From contig MCFH01000217.1 of NCBI GenBank assembly GCA_002104945.1, forward strand, positions 1 to 15,057: a stretch of DNA of 15,057 nt, written 5' to 3'. Shown here piece after piece: positions 9,250 through 15,057 of the stretch; position 1 is the first letter of the stretch; each line of letters opens with the position of its first letter. Both the position numbers and the translations under genes were made by a program. The notes below the pieces were generated by a model that was not told the origin of the DNA, made no database searches, and saw nothing but the letters and a program-made list of their open reading frames with translations. The DNA is from Piromyces finnis finn (Eukaryota; Fungi; Neocallimastigomycota).

Positions 9250-11955
9250 ATGAGAATAATTAAATGGTTTATTCTGATTTTAATAAGTATTACAAAAATA
9301 TATTGTAGTCCTTACAATCATTTAGATATTCAATTAGCATTATTAATTTTATCTGCTGGAGATCATGATGGAAATATAGTTAAGGATGCAAATCTTGAAT
9401 TTATGAAAATTAATATTAGTAAAGATCCAAGTAATAAAGTAGAGAAAGATATAATCGATATTATTCCAAGTTTAAGAGAAATAAGAAAACATGAAAATGA
9501 TATAGAAAGACAAAATCAAAGAATTGAAATCAAATTTAAAGAGTTGTATAAAAAAGCTGAAAAATTAGCTATTCATAGATTAGGATTAACTATTGAGAGC
9601 ACATTATTTGATGCCTTTAGAACTGAAACTAATAATAACAATGTTAATAATAATAACAATGCTGATAATAATAATGAACTGGTTAAAACGCATTTTGAAA
9701 ATTTGGATGTATTTAGAAAATTGAATACTGATGGTATTGGATTAATTAACGGTGAAAATGACATGACTACGTTATCTTTTTATAGAAAAGATAGTAATAT
9801 AAACTCTAATAAAATTAAATTTAGAGATGCTATTAAAAACAATGTTCCTTTTGCACCACAATATGATAATAATCATTCCAACAGTTATATTGTTAATTAT
9901 TTTAAAGATGTAGCATCACAATGTCATCAATTACAAACTTGCAAAATTTTATTTGATAATTCTAATCCAACATACAGTTTAATCAAAGATGATTCTAATG
10001 ATAATTTATATTTTATTGTTAGTCTTAATAATAATATACATGCGTTTCAATTAAAAAATAATAACGGTCAATATATTATGAATAGTTATGACAATGAATC
10101 ATTAAACGATTTAAATGACATAATTCAAGGATATGGTAAATCTTCCAAAAACATATATAATGATGCTTATATTAAAGGGGATGATATTAGTATAATTCCA
10201 GATTGTGGTATAATTCTTACTACTAGAAATATACTTCCAACACAGCAACCACCGTCTTACAATCCTGAGGATTATATAGTTTCAGACGAAATGGTAATAG
10301 AATTGATAATCAATTAAATGAAAAATTATTTGATAGTAATATTATAAAAGCGATGATAATTTATTATGTTATTATTCCAATACAGATTATATTGGTATTG
10401 AAGAAGAGGCATCTAAGTTTATAGAAGCTCGAAGTAATGAACATTCAAATCTTCATAATAAAATCAGCGAATTTAATAGTATGAATATTATATTCCAGAG
10501 ATTATAAAAGAAATAGAAAACAAAGAGTTAAATATGAATAATGTTAATCAAGACATTATAAATATATTAGATACATTTATAAAAGTTTTTCTAAAAACCA
10601 AAAGCAAAAGCAAAATGAAAAGGATGAGTTAAAAAAATTGCTGACTAATGAAATTTATTTTTTAAGTAACCGTGATTTCAAAGTATCTTTTGAAACAAAT
10701 TACCCTACGTTTGATAGTTTAGATGATAATCTAAAATATGAATTGATGGAGTTAAGTACAAGTATCAGTAGTGGTTATGAATCGCATAAAGAAAGGTATG
10801 AAAGAAATCATGAAAGTGATTTAAATAAAATATATAATAACGCGAAAGAAGCACATATAAAAGCGAAATTTGAAGAACAAAAAAAATCAATTTTTGAAAA
10901 TTTTTTTAACGAAAATAAAGACAAATTAAACAAAATGAAGAATACTTATATTAATATAGAAGAAAATCTAAGCAAATATGAAAATTACAAAAATTCAAAT
11001 AGTGAAAAAATATAGATGATTTTGTGCAAGAGAACATTTTTGACTTTATAGATTTCTTAGATAAAAATCGAGTAAAAAAAATTTATAAGCACATTTATAA
11101 TGAATTTAAAAATGGTTATGAAGATGAGAATTACGATGAATTGGAAAAATAGGTAATACAGCTAAAAATAGTGAAATGATGAGAAACTATATATAAATAC
11201 AAACGGAAAATTTTGACAGATTTTATGAAGAGCAAAAAAGTTGTTAATAGAAAGTGAATATGAAAAGCAAGGAGTAGTAAATCAGTTAAAGAAAAAATGA
11301 CAAGTATATTAAATACAAATTATCTGATATAAACAATAGATTAAAATTTTGACAGCTAGAAAAAATACTAAAAACGCTGAAAAGGACGAATTTACAATTA
11401 TTGGGATTTAGCAACCCAAAACTTTATAGAAAAAACCTATCCTGTTAATATAAATATGGAGCAGAAGATAAATATAAGTTTTTAATATTATAAATGATGG
11501 ACCCCATTTATTGAACATTCAGCAGCCAGTAGTTTATCCAAAGTAGCTTATAGTAAGAGTAGTTACAATGCAGTATTCAACCAATGCAAAAATAAATTAG
11601 CGAAAAGAAGTGGAGGTGAATCTTGTAAATTTTGTAATCAATTGAAAGTAGAAACTGATATTCAAATTTCATCCACAACCCTAAAAATCCTAAGAACATT
11701 TAAAGATATGAAATTAGATCCCAACATATTACCAGTTGATACTGATAAATACGATATGAAAGATATAATTCCTTATATAAAGGTGCTAACTCAATGGATA
11801 ATTATGGAGTAATATTGTTAAGACGTATACTGAAACCAAGATTTATTTGATAAAGAACAAATGAAGATTGTCAGTAAGTTAATAATATAGTTAATGATTA
11901 CGTTTTAGTATTAAGAGATTCTAAATATGCAAATAAAATAGTGATATTAAAATAA
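9250..11955 (+). CDS. Large secreted protein of unknown function (about 900 aa if repaired), Asn/Glu/Lys-rich coiled-coil middle; many frameshifts after 10290; 3' extent uncertain
   Basis: Signal-like MRIIKWFILILISITKIYCS at ATG 9250. ORF 9199-10317 continues via +1 repairs into DENGNRIDNQLNEKLF..., PEIIKEIENKEL..., ORF 10638-11015, NIDDFVQENIFDF..., and FIEHSAASSLSKVAYSKSSYNAVFNQCKNKLAKRSGGESCKFCNQLK (about 11508-11810). The last coding-like stretch ends at TAA 11953-11955. Continuity across 11150-11510 is poorly resolved. Confidence 0.6.
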
Positions 11956-12117
11956 CTAGAAATGAATTAGAAAATATGATTCATTATATAGAATTCTCAT
12001 TAATTAACATTTAATCTTCACATTTAATCTTTATATAATATCTCTGATTAAATAAAATCGATTCAGTAAATATTTAAAAATCATCAATATGTAATAAACT
12101 ATGTTTTTTAAATTTGT

Positions 12118-12140
12118 AAAAAAAAAAAAAAAAAAAAAAA
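12118..12140 (+). repeat. Poly(A) tract (A23)
   Basis: Directly visible homopolymer. Confidence 0.85.
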
Positions 12141-12180
12141 GTTTATACGATTATATAATGTACTTTCTAATTCTATAAAA

Positions 12181-12640
12181 CCCACAATGAATATCCGACA
12201 TTTATTATTGATAATCTTGCTAATCCATTGCTAATATATTTCTTCTATTAATCTTATTACCATTACCAGCTAAATTGTAAAAAAAGTAGCCTAATGCTAA
12301 TAATATCATCCATTCACCAATCGATTATACCATCATCTAAATATCTACATGAACTTTTTATATCATAAAAATACATCACGAACAATTTTTTATAGTTCAA
12401 AATTCTATATTAAAATCATATAATATTTTGTATAATTTTTTAGCACTTAAATTTTCTGGTATTTGTATATACTTGTTTTGTTAATCAATTGTTTGTTTTT
12501 TAACTATTTGCAAAGTTTATTACAATGTCTTATATTGATTATAATAATTAATTGAATCCAATTGTTTAGGTAATCTTCACCAAAAAATAACACAACCATT
12601 ATCCCTACTTCAATATTTTATTTATTTGACTATTTGACAT
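12181..12640 (-). pseudogene. Degraded coding-like remnant, family unassigned
   Basis: Locally higher GC, with minus-strand fragments IGEWMILLALGYFFYNLAGNGNKINRRNILAMD (about 12222-12321) and IQIPENLSAKKLYKILYDFNIEF (about 12400-12470), broken by stops and shifts. Confidence 0.25.
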
Positions 12641-13666
12641 ATATTGTGAATTTCAGTGACATTAATATGAAATATTATATTTTACGTAAATTATGTTAAA
12701 AGTTTTTTTTTTAATAAATATCTCTCTATTTTGAAAATTCAATATATAGTATTTATTTTCCCCAGACAATAATATTATTTTTATTTTCATAAAATCTTTC
12801 TTTTCCTTTTATAAATTCTGTTGGTGTACTTTTTCAATTTATTATTTTATTATTCATTTATTTAAAAAGTAGGTTTATGTTAATAATTAATATAATAAAT
12901 AATTTAATTCGATTGAAATAATTAAATAATGAATAATAAAATAAATAATAAATATTAATAATTATTATATTAATAATATCATTCGTACATTTACATTTTT
13001 AAATATAAATAAATTATATTTGTATACATTTACAGAATATAAATATAAATGTAATAAAAAATTGTAATATAATAATGAAATACTCAATTAATAAATATAA
13101 ATATAGAAAATAAAATAATAAAAGTTGACTTTTACAAAAACAAATAAAAAGCCATTAAAATAATATATAATAATAAAATATAATAATATCTATTTAAAAA
13201 GAAATAGAATAGAAAATTATTTGGATTATTAATAAATATTACTAGGACACACCATGATTATTACTACTATAAATTTTATAACCACAGATTGCTATTATCA
13301 TAATTCCTTAGGTTATTATTACAAAATTATTAATTAATGCCATAATTATTAAATAAAAAAATTATATATACACTAAATAATGACACATAAAAACATTAAA
13401 CATTGTAACTATCCAAAGTTTTGAAAAATACAAAGAAAACTACATTTTAAAATCAAATACATTCAGCAACCAATGGAATAGATATTTGATACAATATACA
13501 TCCATTGTATACGTTGTATATTTGGCCAATAAAACAAAGGACTTTGTATGTAATGTGCATGAATATTAAAAAATAATTATACAAATTAGAAAAATCATTT
13601 TTAAATAGGTAAAAGTTAAGCAAGTAAAAAGTATATAACAGGAAGCAATAATAAAGTAATAAAAGT

Positions 13667-13700
13667 ACCACCACCACCACTACTACTACTAATAATAATA
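13667..13700 (+). repeat. Compound trinucleotide microsatellite (CAC)n(TAC)n(TAA)n
   Basis: accaccaccaccactactactactaataataata. Confidence 0.8.
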
Positions 13701-14020
13701 AACTATAGATATGGAGTAATAATAATAACAACATATATTTTAAAAAATGACAGGATAACAATATTTGAAAAAGAATCTATCCTTTACTAATTATTTATAA
13801 AAAATAGAAATATTGTTTATTATTGGGTTTTCTTTTATATAAAGGTAAATTTATATTATTTATTTTAAAATATTTAATAATATAGAATATTATAAGTCAA
13901 ATAAATTCATTACTTAAAATACATTACTTATAATTTGTTTTTTAAAGTTTATTTAAAATAAAGGATATTATAGAATTAAAAAAAAAAAAAAGAATAATAA
14001 AAGATTAATAGAATAGATAA

Positions 14021-14093
14021 AATAATAATAATAATAATATAATAATAATAATAATAATAATATAATAATAATAACAACAACAACAACAACAAC

Positions 14094-14123
<30 letters not shown>
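14021..14123 (+). repeat. (AAT)n/(AAC)n microsatellite
   Basis: Long AAT array with a central AAC block and two interruptions where a unit lacks one A. Confidence 0.9.
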
Positions 14124-14127
<4 letters not shown>

Positions 14128-14355
14128 TAATTGATAATATATAAAAATAATATTGAAAATATTTAATGTCATAATAAATTAGAACTAACAATTCCTTTTT
14201 TTTTTTTCTTTTGTAAAATACTCTTGTAAAATATAATCTAAATCTTTTAACTTTTCTTACTAAACAACAAACAACAGTGTATCCCATTTATCTCATGGAA
14301 AAGTTTTGAATATGGTATCATTGTCTTCGGTAGGTCCTATTTTAATTGAATCTAT

Positions 14356-15057
14356 TTATAAATCAACATTATTATTAAGAGCGTAAAAATCATCTTCAAT
14401 CGTTAAAGACGTTGGATCTCTAAAATTAAGTAAAACATACGCACCTCTTATTTCAGTAATAGAGGGGATTAAATAGAAATCCGATATCTTTGAATAATCT
14501 GGAAATGTTTTATCCATACTCAAATAAAAATTTACCAGTTTTGTCACAAAGTATTTGATAGTTTCATTTCTATCTGGAAGAGGAATTTCTACTTTCTTTA
14601 AAAGTTTAACCGGATTAAACACTCAACTTTACTTTTACACGAGGTGGCAGACTTTAACCCTTTAATTTTTACTTCTTCATACTGATAATAGGAATAGACA
14701 AAGGTAAACTTATCATAATATTCATTATATATTTCTGTATCATTTTGTTTGTTAAATTCATGAACAAAATCAACAGCTTCGAAAAAATTAAAAGTGTCTT
14801 CATCATCATGGATGGTATAGGTGTGAGAACCGAACTTTAGAGTAATATCAAAAGATATCAATACTCTATTCTTTGTTAAATCAACCATAGTATTTGCTTC
14901 AAGTAAAATATAAATATATAGGTGGTATCCTTTTTAACCGCCATCTGGATATTGCTTGTTTCAGTAAATTTATCATTGGAGGTCCAATCATCTGATTTGC
15001 CATTGAGTACCATAATTTTATGATCATCAGTATAGGGAAAAAAAACTAAGTCAAAGT
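14356..15057 (-). CDS. Hypothetical protein, 5'-partial (enters from the right edge), two -1 frameshifts
   Basis: Open from the window end: FDLVFFPYTDDHKIMVLNGKSDDWTSNDKFTETSNIQMAVKKDTTYIFIF. Adding T near 14905-14908 joins LLEANT plus ORF 14598-14888. Adding T near 14617-14619 (VECFNPVK) joins ORF 14356-14622. Coding-like text (IDSIKIGPTEDNDTIFKTFP) follows the TAA in frame. No family recognised. Confidence 0.6.

Noticed and set aside
9573-9764. Minus-strand 63-aa ORF
   Set aside because: Antisense to an Asn-rich coding stretch.
13453-13761. Minus-strand hydrophobic ORF
   Set aside because: Its poly-L/V runs come from the trinucleotide microsatellite.
13976-14287. Minus-strand ORF with poly-Leu/Tyr/Ile
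   Set aside because: Produced by the AAT/AAC microsatellite. Only its first about 30 codons could be a tail of the right-edge gene.
14380-14440. CotH kinase call from 'FRDPTSL'
   Set aside because: Only a short motif resemblance; other CotH motifs are absent.

Overview
Extremely AT-rich eukaryotic DNA. The CBM18/hevein protein with a Thr linker, the Cys-rich GPI protein and the near-pure A/T spacers point to an anaerobic gut fungus (Neocallimastigomycota); this is inference. The left 4.4 kb holds three co-oriented, intronless genes of DNA-virus type. The first is the 3' end of an mRNA capping enzyme (guanine-N7 methyltransferase, vaccinia D1-like), which the ORF track misses. The second is a miniaturised RNA polymerase largest-subunit homolog of about 721 aa once three single-base frameshifts are repaired; it lacks the dock domain and F-loop and stops just after the bridge helix, like archaeal Rpo1N/A'. 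The third is a family-1 uracil-DNA glycosylase homolog with altered catalytic motifs. Together they look like the transcription/replication module of an endogenous large-DNA-virus-like element. The rest of the window has host-type genes (secreted CBM18 protein, Cys-rich GPI protein, ankyrin-repeat protein, a roughly 2.7 kb secreted-protein gene), degraded coding remnants, microsatellites and an unassigned gene running off the right edge. Most genes are broken by frameshifts repairable by adding one base to a homopolymer, which suggests long-read consensus errors rather than true pseudogenisation.
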